Positions 25,972 through 38,860 of a stretch of 64,000 nt of DNA are shown here, in pieces. This DNA comes from Octopus sinensis (lineage: Eukaryota): the NCBI RefSeq assembly GCF_006345805.1, contig NC_043013.1, forward strand, positions 55,366,001 to 55,430,000, written 5' to 3'. The notes below the pieces were generated by a model. It was not told the origin of the DNA, searched no databases, and saw only the letters and a list, made by a program, of their open reading frames with translations. The position numbers were made by a program, and so were the translations under genes. Position 1 is the stretch's first letter. The number at the start of each line of letters is the position of its first letter.

Positions 25972-27068
25972 GCTTGTGTGTATGTGCGGACATCCATTTG
26001 TGTTCATCTCTGTGTAATGCAATATTGATACTTTTTGGGTTCCAGTGGCATATTTTATCTCAAACAAAATGGAAAATTCCTGCAACTCACCAGATCAAAG
26101 TTGAGTAAGGTACCTTATACATAAACAAGTAAAGACTGATGCCCTGAAGGTATACAGCTTAAACAAATCCCATTTACAACATGTTGGCATGAATTTCTCA
26201 AAACTTCTTGAGGCAATAGGGTTGGATGCCCTCCCAGAAGCCAACCCTCATTTATTTGCAAGTAAAATATTTATTCCACTGCTGTACACCCATGGAACTC
26301 TTGATCTGCAGATTACATTGTGTATATTCAGCATGCAAACAATCCCAGCTTAGAAAAAGTTGGATGTTGTCACAGACACTCTAGGATGGTATTTAAAGAA
26401 TGGTTATTTATGAGTATCCATTCATAAGTCTGATGACATGCCTGACTGAAAAACCAGGCCAAGGGTTAAACAACAATATTGACAACAAACAGAATATCTA
26501 ATTCTTTAAATATATGCACACAGAGGCAGACACACAGATATATATTTGTGTATGGGGTATATACTTTGATATACATACATGCTTATATGTATATGTAAAA
26601 TACAGTCACTGCAATAGTGAAGCAGTTTTTGATGCAAAAAACAAAGAAAGACCAAGTACAATGAAATAGAAACTTCCAACACGAAAGCTGGGATATCACG
26701 ATATGTAACACTCAGATTTTATTTACTTCTAAAAGATACTGATTTTCGAGTGATTGATTTCTTATTTAGTTTTCTTCAATATTTTCTTTAACCCTGCTCA
26801 GACTTTTGGATGAAAAAAACAGAAAAACCTGGCAGACGTTGAGGCTATAATCGGTGTGAAAATATTCTAATTATAGACAAAGTGAAAAGAAAATTACCAT
26901 TATTTCAAGTATAAAGTAATTGAAAATTAACCGCTATTATTGGAGCTTTAGCTTATAACCTTATTTAAGTCAATATTAGGTTGATGCAGATTATTGGAGC
27001 CTTACTGAATACACCCTACCTCCATCACTTGAATATATACATACATGCACATATACATACATACATAC

Positions 27069-27119
<51 letters not shown>

Positions 27120-30100
27120 TAGATAGATAGATAGATAGATACATATACACAGACACATATATATATATTATTAAATGCAATATATATATGTATAAATATA
27201 TACATCATGTGCTTGTATGGCTGGATGGCTATCTGCATATGTGTATGTTCTGTCAAGAAAAAATTATGCAAACGAGGATGAAAGAAAAATGTATTCGTAT
27301 GAGGCATAAAGTCTTAAAATATTAACAGGAAGCTGAAAAGTTCACTCATTGTTAAACCGAGTCTTCTGCTTCTGAAAACAAGAAATGCAAAACTCAGACG
27401 AAGAGTGAGTGAAGTTTTCCACTTCCAATAATGGTTTATGCATACATGCACATATATATATTATATAAACTCATTCTCATGTATATTATACAAATATGCA
27501 TACAGACATATATGTTTACAAAGTGTGCATGTGTGTGTGCGTGCATGTGTGCAAGTGTGATTAGACAATGTGTCAGCAAGGGAATTTTCTTTATTGTGTT
27601 CTTCCTCTCTCTGCTCTCAGATGTTCCTCCATATTCATATGTTCCCATATTGTGTTACGTTTGTTTATAGGCTGAATGAAAATAAAACAAATTTATTGGC
27701 ATTTCCAGAATGTATCATTATAAAGACACATTGTCTGAATGGCTGCATACAAACACACACACACATGTGCATGCACACACACACACACATAATTATGTGT
27801 CTGTGTGTGTCGGGGTCCATATACAAGTATGTGCAATTCCATGTCCATATCTGTTTTTATTATGTATAGTTTCTGTAAAACCAGCATTTTCTCAAAAAGC
27901 CTAACTTAGAGATTTCATTTCATTATATATACATATACATCATCATCATTTAACGTCTATTTCCAATGCTGGCATGGGTTGGATGGTTTGACAAGGAACT
28001 GGCAAGCTGGAGAGCTACACCAGATTCTAGTCGTCTGTTTTGGCAAAGTTTCTACTGCTGGATGCCCCTCCTAATGCCAACCACTTTACAGAGTGTACTG
28101 CATGCTTTTTTATGTGACACAAGCACAGGAGCTTTTAATGAGAGAGACGATTGATAGAGGGATAGATAGATGGATAGATAGATAAAGAGATAGAGAGATA
28201 GATAGATAGATAGAAAGAGATAAAATAGTAAATATATAAAAAATAATTTCAAACTGAAATGAGTAGTGTTGTTGCTATGATCAACTAAATAATTTTAAAG
28301 TGATGCCCCAGCATGGCCACAGTCAAATGACTAAAACCAGTAAAGAACTAAGAACAGCATTGCGAGTTAGTGTTGTATTGTCATGTGAGCCTTCTGAGGC
28401 TTGGCTGTGCTATAGTAACTATGAATATGTTTATGGCCAATATTGGCTAAAATAAACTGTAAGAACACAGAAAGAAGTTCACCATTTATATAAGTCTTTT
28501 ATAGACCATTTAAATAGCTTTTCCATTAAGCTTCTCGTTAAGTTCACAGGCAGATTTCCTCGCTGTCAGAAGAGGCCTTCCTAATGGAAAACCAGCAAGC
28601 CATAATTTACCATCAATTTCTTTTTTGTCTTTAACATATTCATATGGAGGAAAATATTCTTCCTTTTTAAAATACTGATTTGCTTCTTGTTTTTGATGCT
28701 GATCGTTAGCACATACCCCACTTTCTTATATCATCTCTGATTAAGTAGACTATAATTAAAAACATTCTGGCTAAACATTAAAAAAATTTTTTTTGTTTTC
28801 AGACATTGTAAATCTTAGATTATATTATCCAGGTCTTCATGTTTAAGATGGCAGGGGGTGAGCTGTGAGTGATTTCAAGGCCTTTTCTAGATTCAGAGAT
28901 TGCTGTTGGCCCAGTATATACATATTAGCAGTTGTGGCTTGTGTATGTATTGGTCAAGCAGATAATTTCCTGCTTCTTTACATTCTTGCCTGACTCTCTG
29001 TCATCTGAGAACTTTTCTCTCTATCTTCTATGATCATTTCAGATTTTTATAATACCTCACAGATTAAGAGATCACTGAATATTGATTTCGAATGTTGACA
29101 CAAGTCCCACAAGTTGAGAGACAGTGGGTCAGTTGATTACATCAACCCAAAAGGATGAAAGGCAAAAGCGACCTCAACAGAATTTGAACTCAGAACGCAA
29201 AGAAGGAAGAAATACCGCTAAGTATTTAACGAGCATGCTAATGATTTTGCCAGCTCCCCACCTCAGTCATCATTAAATATTGCAGAATATTTTCTCTGAG
29301 GCCTTAATGGTTTGATCATTCTATGGATTCTTAACATGCTTGCTCAACTGCAAGAAATGACAGCAAAATCTCCCTAAATCCCATCTTACTGTGTTGGCTT
29401 AGATATGTTACATAATGTGGTCTAATTAAGCCCTTAAAATGTGGATCAATTATGACTGCACAGCTGTTGATTGGAGGTGTGTTCAATAACACTTTTCCTT
29501 GGATAGATAATAATGACTACCAGTTGTGTATCAATTTTTATGAACTAAAACCTGTGAATCGTATTGCATATGTTGAAAACACAATTGTTGCTTGTTCAGT
29601 GAATTAATGATTTGTAAAAAGAAGGAGGAATTCACAAGATAAATGTTTGTATTTTTATATCACTTTTCTTTAATCGCTGAGGTGAATAGCTTGAGCACAA
29701 CAGCTGCAGAATAAATGATAAAGGTAGATAAAGTGTGAAGGAAATGATGAAAATGTTTTTGCAAACAAAGATCTTTCAGTGATGGCAAAAGAATTGTCTT
29801 TGAGAGAAATACATCAAACAAGAGAATTATTATAATGGGGATTAACACTGTGCAGTGTTGGTGTATAAATGCAAACTTGTTACCATTTCAAATATGCTTG
29901 TAGCATATATGAGCCCATGAGAAAATCATTCGCTGTGTTTTATCATGGAGAAAATTTTTGTCATAGAGAAAATTGTTCCAAACATTTGTGAGCAGCAAAG
30001 TAACAAATATATTTATTTATTATTATTATTATCTTTTTTTTTTGAAGTAAATTAAAATGTGTAGGTGAGGTATGAGAAGTGAACATCTAAACTCAAAAAG

Positions 30101-30250
30101 GTCTCCTTGGAAACTGTTCAACTCTGTTTAATGATCAAACGCGTCTCTTTTTTTAATCTTCTGTGTGAAATCACTTCACCTGTACATTTAGAATATGCGC
30201 CAAATTCATTTGAAATTAAGTACATGACAACTTGCAGAAGCAAAAATGGC

Positions 30251-30295
<45 letters not shown>

Positions 30296-30864
30296 CAACA
30301 TCAGGGTTATGTATTGATGTGTGTGAGTTTGTCTGAGTGTATAATGAATAGTATGAAAAATATAGAATAATGTGTATGAAAAGTATTGGTGAGAGATCTA
30401 AATTAAAGCGGTGAATGAGAGTAAAATTAGCAAGAGAGATACAGTGAGATTTATATAACATATGTATGAGGGACAACCTTGCATAACACTACACCATCTC
30501 TGCTTATGAGCAACACACACTGACAATGTCCCCATGGATTATTGATGCTTTATATAACAAAGGCATATACACACATGGCAACCTAACTCTGGAGTGACAG
30601 GCCTTAAATCCTTAGTATTCAGACTACCCTGCCAAATGCAACACTGAGTTATTCACATCATTTTGAATTAACCATGCATTATCTTATAGCCTTGAGATTT
30701 CAATAGTATGATATTGTAGGGTAGGTGTGAGAAGTTGGATCTTGTCAGTTTGAATATAAAACAGAATATTCAGGCCTGATATGGCTGGTTTAAGTTTAGA
30801 ATGTTAACACCACAACCTTAGCATATATTGCTTTGTCATAAGTATTCAGACTACACCCCTATGT

Positions 30865-30899
<35 letters not shown>

Positions 30900-31432
30900 T
30901 GACATTGATCTTCAGATGTTCAGGCTTGTCTCTGATCCATTAAATCAATTTCATCAATTAAAGAAAAACTATAAATGTCAAGGGCACAGTTCCTTTTCCA
31001 CTGATTAGCTGAGAAAAGGGGACACGAATACAGATACATGCACACAAACACACATACACACAGATGCTTACAAATGTACTTCAAAGTATGTTGGTTATAT
31101 CAAACAAAACTATAACTGAAAGAATCAGTCTTGTTTCATTCAAACCAGCAACAAACAATAATCTTCAACTTTGAATGGTGTTTCTTTAGATGGTAATGTC
31201 CATGAATTTGATGCTGAGTTGAAGAATTGTCAGAGTTACCACTAAATGTTTTAAAATTTTAATTAAATGTACTTTAGTGTAAAAGAATCAAGGCAATGAG
31301 AGATGACAAGATAACAAGTGTGTAATGTTAATCAGAGAACTTTGAAATATCAAAATCTAAGAATACAGCAAAAACAAGAATTCCTCTTTTATAGGTTATG
31401 TTTCTAATAACTCAGAGAAGGACATCTGAGGA

Positions 31433-31583
31433 TTATCATCATCATCAACATTATTATTATTATTATTATTATTATCGTTATTATTATCATTATCATCATC
31501 ATTATTATTATTATCATTATCATCATCATCACCATTATTATTATTATTATCATCATCATCATCATTATTATTATTATTATTAT
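31433..31583. repeat. (ATT)n/(ATC)n microsatellite
   Basis: Trinucleotide tract. Confidence 0.95.
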
Positions 31584-34416
31584 TTGCTGAACAATGAAGA
31601 AAGTAATATGGCACAAAAAAAAAAGAAGTTAAATACAATAAAAATAAATGTATAAGAAAGAAAGTTTACAGCTAAGATTTTAGCAATCAATGTCTGCCAT
31701 AAGGAAAACAGCTGCGTGCACAGATTATTAATATGGAAATGGAAGCTGAAGAGGAAAAACAAGGGACATAACTGATTTCGAAAATGATATTAAAGAAAAA
31801 GAAAAAACAATACAACGAAGCAAGTTTCACAGCAATATCTAAAGACAACACACTAAAGTTATTACTTACTAACGTATATTTGTATTATTATCTTTTAAAA
31901 TTCCAATCATATAGAAAGGAAAAACAGGTTTTTTTTTGTTATTGGCAGCAGAATTTTCAATTGTTTTGGTTTGGAACTTACTTGTTTCAAAGTTTGCATA
32001 ATTTTCATTATATAATTATCGTTAAGTAATTACCATAAATAATCTCTATTCGATGGAGAAGTTATCTTGGGATAAACAGTAAAATCTTGCTTTCAATTAA
32101 TATAATGAAACAGTTTATGCGGTTATACTGTTGCCAGAAAAAGTAGCCAAGCTGTCCTCAAATCAAAGCTTACCATCTTCCAAAAGGAAGAGAACATTAG
32201 CTAATGTAATTCATCATCTTCAACATCATCATCGTCATTGTCATTAGTGTTTTAACGTCCACTTTTGTAGGCTTGCATGGATCAGATGGAATTCATTGAG
32301 GCAGAATTTTTTCTGCCTGATTCCATTCTTGTCACCGTCCCTCAGTTGTTTCCCATGACTGGACATGTTCACATGGAAAATTATAAACAATGCTTACATG
32401 ATAGTGACACTTGCTTACAATTATCAGGTATGTACACACATATATATATATGATGGGTTTCTTTCAGTTTCTGTCTACCAAATCCATGTATAAGACTGGT
32501 CAGCCCAGGGCTAAAGTAGAAGACACTTGCCCAAGATGCCATGCAGTAGGACTGAACTTGAAACCACATGTCTGGTAAGCAAATTTCTGAACCACAGAGG
32601 TATATTTGCACTTATAAAAAGAAAGAAAGAAAAATAACATGGAATGGTCAAACCGGCAATGCTTTCCATTAAAAGGTCAGCTCAATCAGGTTTTACCTGG
32701 AACCAAACAACTAATAACAATGGGAATGGTTTTGCTAAGGGAAGACGGGTTTTAGCTCTCCTCCACTTCAAAGAACAATTTCTCTCCTCAAGCTCCCCTC
32801 AGATTCTAAACATTTCTTAAGTTTATCCAAATGTTCAATTATGGAAAGTTTTCATTTCTCTCACAAAAGCACATTAGTTAAACAAGGGAAAAAGCTAAAT
32901 TTTTATGAATTACATTTTATTAATTACAGGAACATCTTTGGCAGTTAAAAAACTGATTAATTAAAAATAACCAGAGGCGGAGGAGACAAAGGGGCTTAGT
33001 TCAGAGGGAATTATTCAACATTCGTTAAAAAACAAAAAATAATGTTCAAAATCTGAACTTGTATTTTATTCAGTAAACAAGGGCAAATTATATACGGCAA
33101 CCACTGTTAAAATAATGTTCATGAGTTTGAAAGTATTAAAAACGGTGTTGTATGCTGCGTGAATAAAACATCTGTTTTTAAGAGAAGCAGAGGGGAAAAT
33201 GGTATTTGATCTATGACCTGGCAGAAGAATAACAGCTAAAATAAAGAAGATTAAATGTGAAAATGTGAGGTTTTAATTAGCTTTTAAACAATGTTTCACA
33301 GTAATAGTAATAAAAATATATACAATGAAACAATTAATTGCAGAGAAGAAGAAAAAAAAACAGAAAGATCTCAACTACCAATGATATCAGACAAGAAAAA
33401 GAGCATCAACATTATTGTAACAGATTAAAAGACAACACATTCCATTAAACTGAGAATTAAGGGTTGGTGAAGAAAATCTTAATCACCAGTGAAATTTCAG
33501 ATGCATTAAAATTTGAAACTGCATGTGGGAAAAATCTCTAAGAAATCAAACTGGAAAAAAAAAAAAAGAAAGAAAAACCCTAAACAAAAAAAAACAAAAA
33601 CAGATGCTTGCATGGCTGTGTGGTAAGAAGTTTGCTTCCAAACCACATGGTTCTGGGTTCAGTCTTGCTGCATAGCCCCTTAGGCTATGTAATTAGAAAA
33701 TAATGTAATAAAACATTTTGGAGGGTATATTATAAATAATTAAGATTATCATAAAATACAAAGAAGAAAAACGTTTATAATTATGAACAAGTCACAATTA
33801 TAACTAAGATGTTTAAAAGACGCTTACATGTTAAAAATAGCAGCCAAAACCACTATAAAGCCATTATATCACTCATATTATTTCTCTTCACAATATAAAC
33901 TGTCTTTGAGTGATGTGACAAATAGAATCTACTACATGAAAATAACTGGTTAATTCCCAATTGCAATTTCAACATGAGGGACCTCTTAAGGGACCCATTT
34001 ATCTTATCAAGGGAAATATTCCTATAGATAGAAATCAAAACAAGACTTTATCTTGGGGCTAGCGTGAATCCCGACCAGCAAGAGAAACATTACAACCTCT
34101 ATCCACACATTCAAGTTTTGAATTCAAATGTCATGCACAGGGTCTATGTGAAAAGACCAGTAAATTTGAGCCACGGCAAAATCACCGGATATGAGTTAGG
34201 AAAATTTAAATAATTAGAACGTAATGTAATAATGCATTACGGAAGACATATTATAAATAATTAAGATTATTTATGACTATATCAATGGCCAAACATGTTA
34301 TCTTTGTATTGTATGATATATATAATAATTATTTGAGGGAATATTATTCCTACCTTACAGGGAAAAATTCAATTTAGAAATACTAAATCAAATTTCCCAA
34401 AATATAATATATATAT

Positions 34417-34747
34417 ATAAAAATTAGAAAAAAACCACCTTTTATCAATTCAAAATGAACAATTAAATTACACCATCTAGAAAATTACATAAAATAGAAA
34501 TATTAAAATAAAAATAACAAAAATATACCGATGATTAAGTAAATTGCAAAATAATGATAAAAACATATATATTTGGTATATACGCTATTATATATATATG
34601 TTTTTATTATTATTTTGCAATTTACTTAATCATCGGTATATTATTGTTATTTTAATTTTAATATTTCTATTTTATGTAATTTTCTAGATGGTGTAATTTA
34701 ATTGTTCATTTTGAATTGATAAAAGGTGGTTTTTTTCTAATTTTTAT
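34417..34747. repeat. Near-perfect AT-rich inverted repeat (~155-bp arms, ~20-bp spacer)
   Basis: AAAAATTAGAAAAAAACCACCTTTTATCAATTC...AAAAACATAT is mirrored by ATATGTTTTT...GAATTGATAAAAGGTGGTTTTTTTCTAATTTTT. A single arm recurs at ~43388-43500. Confidence 0.92.
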
Positions 34748-34754
34748 ATATATA

Positions 34755-34791
<37 letters not shown>

Positions 34792-34796
<5 letters not shown>

Positions 34797-34950
34797 TAGT
34801 TGAAATTTATAGAAAAACAAAAGACGAAGACAGGTGTATGAACAACAAGCAGGTGTATGAGTTTGATGCTCGGGAAAAATGAAAAAGTCTTTCATGTTTC
34901 GGGCCTACATTCTTCAACAGAAAGGAATAAGAGAAAATAAACAGAGAGAA
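34792..34950 (-). mobile_element. Penelope-like pLTR remnant with a minimal hammerhead-like motif (second copy)
   Basis: Minus strand reads CTTT CTGTTGA A GAAT-GTAG-GCCC GAAAC ATG AAAG. Homologous to 25308-25437. Confidence 0.55.
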
Positions 34951-35006
34951 ATGAAAAAAACTTGTAGATCTCAGCAGTCTAGCATGGCGAATACACACAC
35001 ACACAA

Positions 35007-35213
35007 TCATCATCATCATCGTCATCGTTTAACGTCCGCTTTCCATGCTAGCATGAGTTGGACGATTTGACTGAAGACTGGCAAACCAGATAGCTGCACC
35101 AGGCTCCAATCTTGATCTGGCAGAGTTTCTACAGCTGGATGCCCTTCATAATGCCAACCACTCCGAGAGTGTAGTGGTTGCTTTTTACATGCCACTGGCA
35201 TGAAGGCCAGTCA
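35007..35213 (-). mobile_element. RTE LINE 3' UTR fragment
   Basis: (CAT)n CGTTTAACGTCCGCTTTCCATGCTAGCATG, the same tail as 18146 and 56300. Confidence 0.8.
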
Positions 35214-35221
35214 TATATATA

Positions 35222-36782
35222 CGAGGGGCGTTCAATAAGTAATGCCCCTGACCCACTTCCCATAGCAGTAGAGCAACGAAACTTGGCACAGTTATTAGTC
35301 TTTTTCTACATAGGAACCACCAAGAGGTACGCATTTCTCCCATCATTTGATGCAGCTCTGGAGACCGTTTTTGTAGAAGACCCCAGCTTGGTCCTCCAAC
35401 CACGACGTGACTTCAGAAATCAAGGCTGCATCATCTGGGAAATGCTTTCCTTTCCAAAACAACTTCATGGCTGGAAAGAGGAGAAAATCAGAGGGTGCAA
35501 GGTCAGGAGAGTAGGGGGGATGGGGGAGGGGGTCATAGCCGCACACCTGTGCTTCTGATCTGGCGACACACGAGTTGTGGACCGGAGCGTTGTCGATGGC
35601 TTTGCTGATCTTGCCCCGCCTCTTGATTTTGATAGCTTCTCTTAATTTCCTCAAAGGTGAAGCATAATAGGCTCCTGTAATTGTGGTACCCTTTGCCAGG
35701 AAATCTGTCATCACTACTCCGTCCTGATCCCAGAAGACTGTGAGCATGACCTTGCCAGCGGAGGGCTGCACCTTTGCCTTCTTTAGAGGAGGTGAGTCAT
35801 GGTGCTTCCACTGCATTGACTGGGCTTTGGTCTCTAGATCATAGTGGTGGACCCAAGTTTCATCCTGTGTAATCAGTCTTTTGAAAAATTTTGACTCATC
35901 TTCTTGGCACATCTCCAAATTCATCCTCAAGCACTCAACGCGTTCTTGCTTCTGGAAAGGTGTGAGCAACCTGGGAATCCATCTAGCAGACACCTTTTGC
36001 ATTGCAAATGGTCATGAATGATAGTTTCCCACAGACCCGGTACTAATCTTGATCTCATGGGCTATTTGGCGAATAGTTATGCGTCGATCTTCCAAAATGG
36101 CAGCCTCAACTTGACGGACAGATGCCTCATCAATAGCAGAAGGGGCGACCAGATCTGGGAGCTGTTTCCACAGAGTTCCGACCATGTTTGAATTCACGAT
36201 GCCAGCGTTTTACAAGGTCATATGATGGGGCATAATCACCATAAGTTCTTTCATTTCTTCAAAAGTCTCCCGTGGTGTGCGTCCTTTCAAATACAAAAAC
36301 CGATCACTGCTCAACACTGAACAGGCTTCCATTTCACACTTGACTCAGTTCAAACACCTGTAAATCAGAAACTACCATTAGTTCAGAGGCTTTAATTGGC
36401 ACTTAATCTATAGATATATGAATATATATATAAGATCTGGGAGCTGTTTCCACAGAGTTCCGACCATGTTTGAATTCACGATGCCAGCGTTTTACAAGGT
36501 CATATGATGGGGCATCATCACCATAAGTTACTTTCATTTCTTCAAAAGTCTCCCGTGGTGTGCGTCCTTTCAAATACAAAAACCGGATCACTGCTCAACA
36601 CTGAACAGGCTCCATTTCACACTTGACTCAGTTCAAACACCTGTAAATCAGAAACTACAATTAGTTCAGAGCTGTAATTTGCCACTTAATCTATAGAGAT
36701 ATGAATAATTGCACATGCATAATTTCAGCTAGATCAAACAACTGCAAGTGGGTCAGAGGCATTACTTATTGAACGTCCCTCG
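35222..36782 (-). mobile_element. Mariner DD34D, copy B, with a ~275-bp internal duplication
   Basis: Same TIRs as copy A with flanking TA. ORF 35343..36002 has WIPRLL, QDETW and DNA-34aa-D (PYSPDLAPSD). 36151-36425 is repeated at 36433-36707. Confidence 0.95.
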
Positions 36783-36791
36783 TATATATAA

Positions 36792-36836
<45 letters not shown>

Positions 36837-36995
36837 TAGCTGACTTAGAGGTTAAAATAACCGTCTAAGGGATAGAAGTATCCATTATACTACTGGTATA
36901 TTACCTATGTTTAACCATGGACATATATATGCAAACATATTATGCTCATGAATTATAGGTAAAGCCAAGAATAAACATGAGTTTATCAAGAATCA

Positions 36996-37173
36996 AAATT
37001 TAAAGAAGACAGAAAATGGAGAAATATCGATGAACAGCAATTGACTTACATCAATTATTACTTATTAATTCAAAATAAATAGACTGCATCTTGTACTGAA
37101 TTAATAAATAATAATTGATGTAAATCAATTGTTGTTCATCGATATTTCTCCATTTTCTGCCTTCTTTAAATTT
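36996..37173. repeat. Inverted repeat (~77-bp arms, ~24-bp spacer) abutting (TA)n
   Basis: AAATTTAAAGAAGACAGAAAATGGAGAAATATCGATGAAC...TTAATTCA is mirrored by TGAATTAA...GTTCATCGATATTTCTCCATTTTCTGCCTTCTTTAAATTT. Confidence 0.9.
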
Positions 37174-37444
37174 ATATATATATATAAAGTCGTTGTTGTG
37201 GCCGATGACAGTACTGCCTGACTGGTCCAGTGCTGGTGGCATGTAAAAAGCACTATTCGAGTGTGGTCGATGCCAGTACTGCTTGACTGGCCCTCGTAAA
37301 ACCCCATAAAACCAATTGTTCATTTTTAAACCTGATACTTATTCTATCAGTCTGTTTTTGCCAAATAGCTAAGTCACAGACACACCGACACCAGTTATAT
37401 ATATATATAATATATATATATATATATAATATTATTAAATATTA

Positions 37445-38158
37445 TAAATGACTATGACTGGACTTTTGAAAAGCTAAGTGCGTCGAGAAGACCTGGCAAG
37501 CCAAATGAGACATATCTCGATGGCCAATGCCAGGGGCATAACAGCCCACTTATGCGTTACCTTTTCCTTCTTTTGACATTTAAAAAACTCTGCTTGCGAA
37601 GACCTGTGCGGCAAGTTAAATCAAAAACAAAATTCACCCTGACTGGCATCCGTACTAGCAGGGAGCAAAGAGCACCATACGAGTTGTGATCATTGACGAA
37701 GCAAGCTAACAAGGTTCCATGCCAGTGGCACTTAAAATGTACCATTTGAGTGTGATCGTTACCAGCATTGCCTTACTGGCACTTGAGCCCCGTGCTAGTA
37801 GGGTATTCAGAGCACCATCTGAGCATGATCGTGCACAGAGCGGCTATCTGGCCTCCGTGCCAGTGGAATGTAAACAACACCATTTGAGTGTGATCGTTAC
37901 CAGCATCACCTTACTGGCACCTGTGCCGGTGGCATGTGTAAAAGATTCGAGCAAGGTCATTGACAGTGCCACCTGACTGGCACATAAAAGCACCCACTAC
38001 ACTCTCGGAGTGGTTGGTGTTAGGAATGGGATCAAGCTGTAGAAACTCTTCCAGATCAGATTGAATCCTGGTGCAGCCATCTGGTTCGCCAGCCCTCAGT
38101 CAAATTGTCCAACCCATGCTAGCATGGAAAGCGGACGTTAAACGATGATGATGATGAT
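37445..38158 (+). mobile_element. RTE LINE 3' end with long tandem-repeat 3' UTR
   Basis: GAGAAGACC (EKT) C-terminal remnant, repeated TGCC.GTGG units, tail GCTAGCATGGAAAGCGGACGTTAAACGATGATG. Confidence 0.8.
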
Positions 38159-38625
38159 ATATATGTATCTTTTAAATTTGTTTTCAGGAAACATTTTGAA
38201 TATGCAAATAAAGCTCCTATTTCATTATTGTGACCACTGTCTAATGATGCTGACTGGTGAATCATTACTTTGGGGGTTGCATCGAGCTGTGCCAATATAA
38301 TGTAGGACGAATATAATAATAATAACAATAATCCTTTGATGGAATTTATAAACATTTTAATGCATTGCTGCACACATTTCCACAAATCCTGTGTCTCTTA
38401 AGATCACAATCCATATTCCTAGGATGATTATAGAGTAGTCCACAGTATCCATGGGCTCTCAGTTGATCATCTTCAAGAATTCATTTCTTCAGGTGACATA
38501 ACATTAATGAATGTTTAACTGAGAGTTGTTTATCTCTTTTATATACGATGTGATTCTTTCAGTTTCTGTCTACTAAATCCACCAACAAGGCTTTGGTTGA
38601 CCAGTGGCTATAGTAGTACCACATG

Positions 38626-38860
38626 AAACCGGCGAGCTGGCAGGAACGTTAGCACGCTGGGCAAAATGCTTAGCGGTATTTCGTCTGCCGCTATGTTCTG
38701 AGTCGAAATTCCACCGAGGTCGACTTTGCCTTTCATCCTTTTGGGGTCAATAAATAAAGTACCAGTTTCGCACTGGAGTCGATGTAATAGACTTAATCCC
38801 TTTATCTGTCCTTGTTTGTCCCCTCTATGTTTAGCCCCTCGTGGGTAGTAAAGAAATATA
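38626..38860 (+). mobile_element. SINE family A inserted into a family B SINE remnant (38545-38940, minus strand)
   Basis: Family A core. Direct repeat TAGTAGTACCACATG at 38611-38625 and 38864-38878. Confidence 0.85.

Noticed and set aside
35343-36002. SETMAR-like domesticated host gene
   Set aside because: Bounded by TIRs, carries frameshifts, a premature stop and a deletion next to the catalytic Asp, and has no SET exon.
38230-38510. A further R4/Dong-like remnant near (TAA)n
   Set aside because: Similarity is too weak to support by eye.
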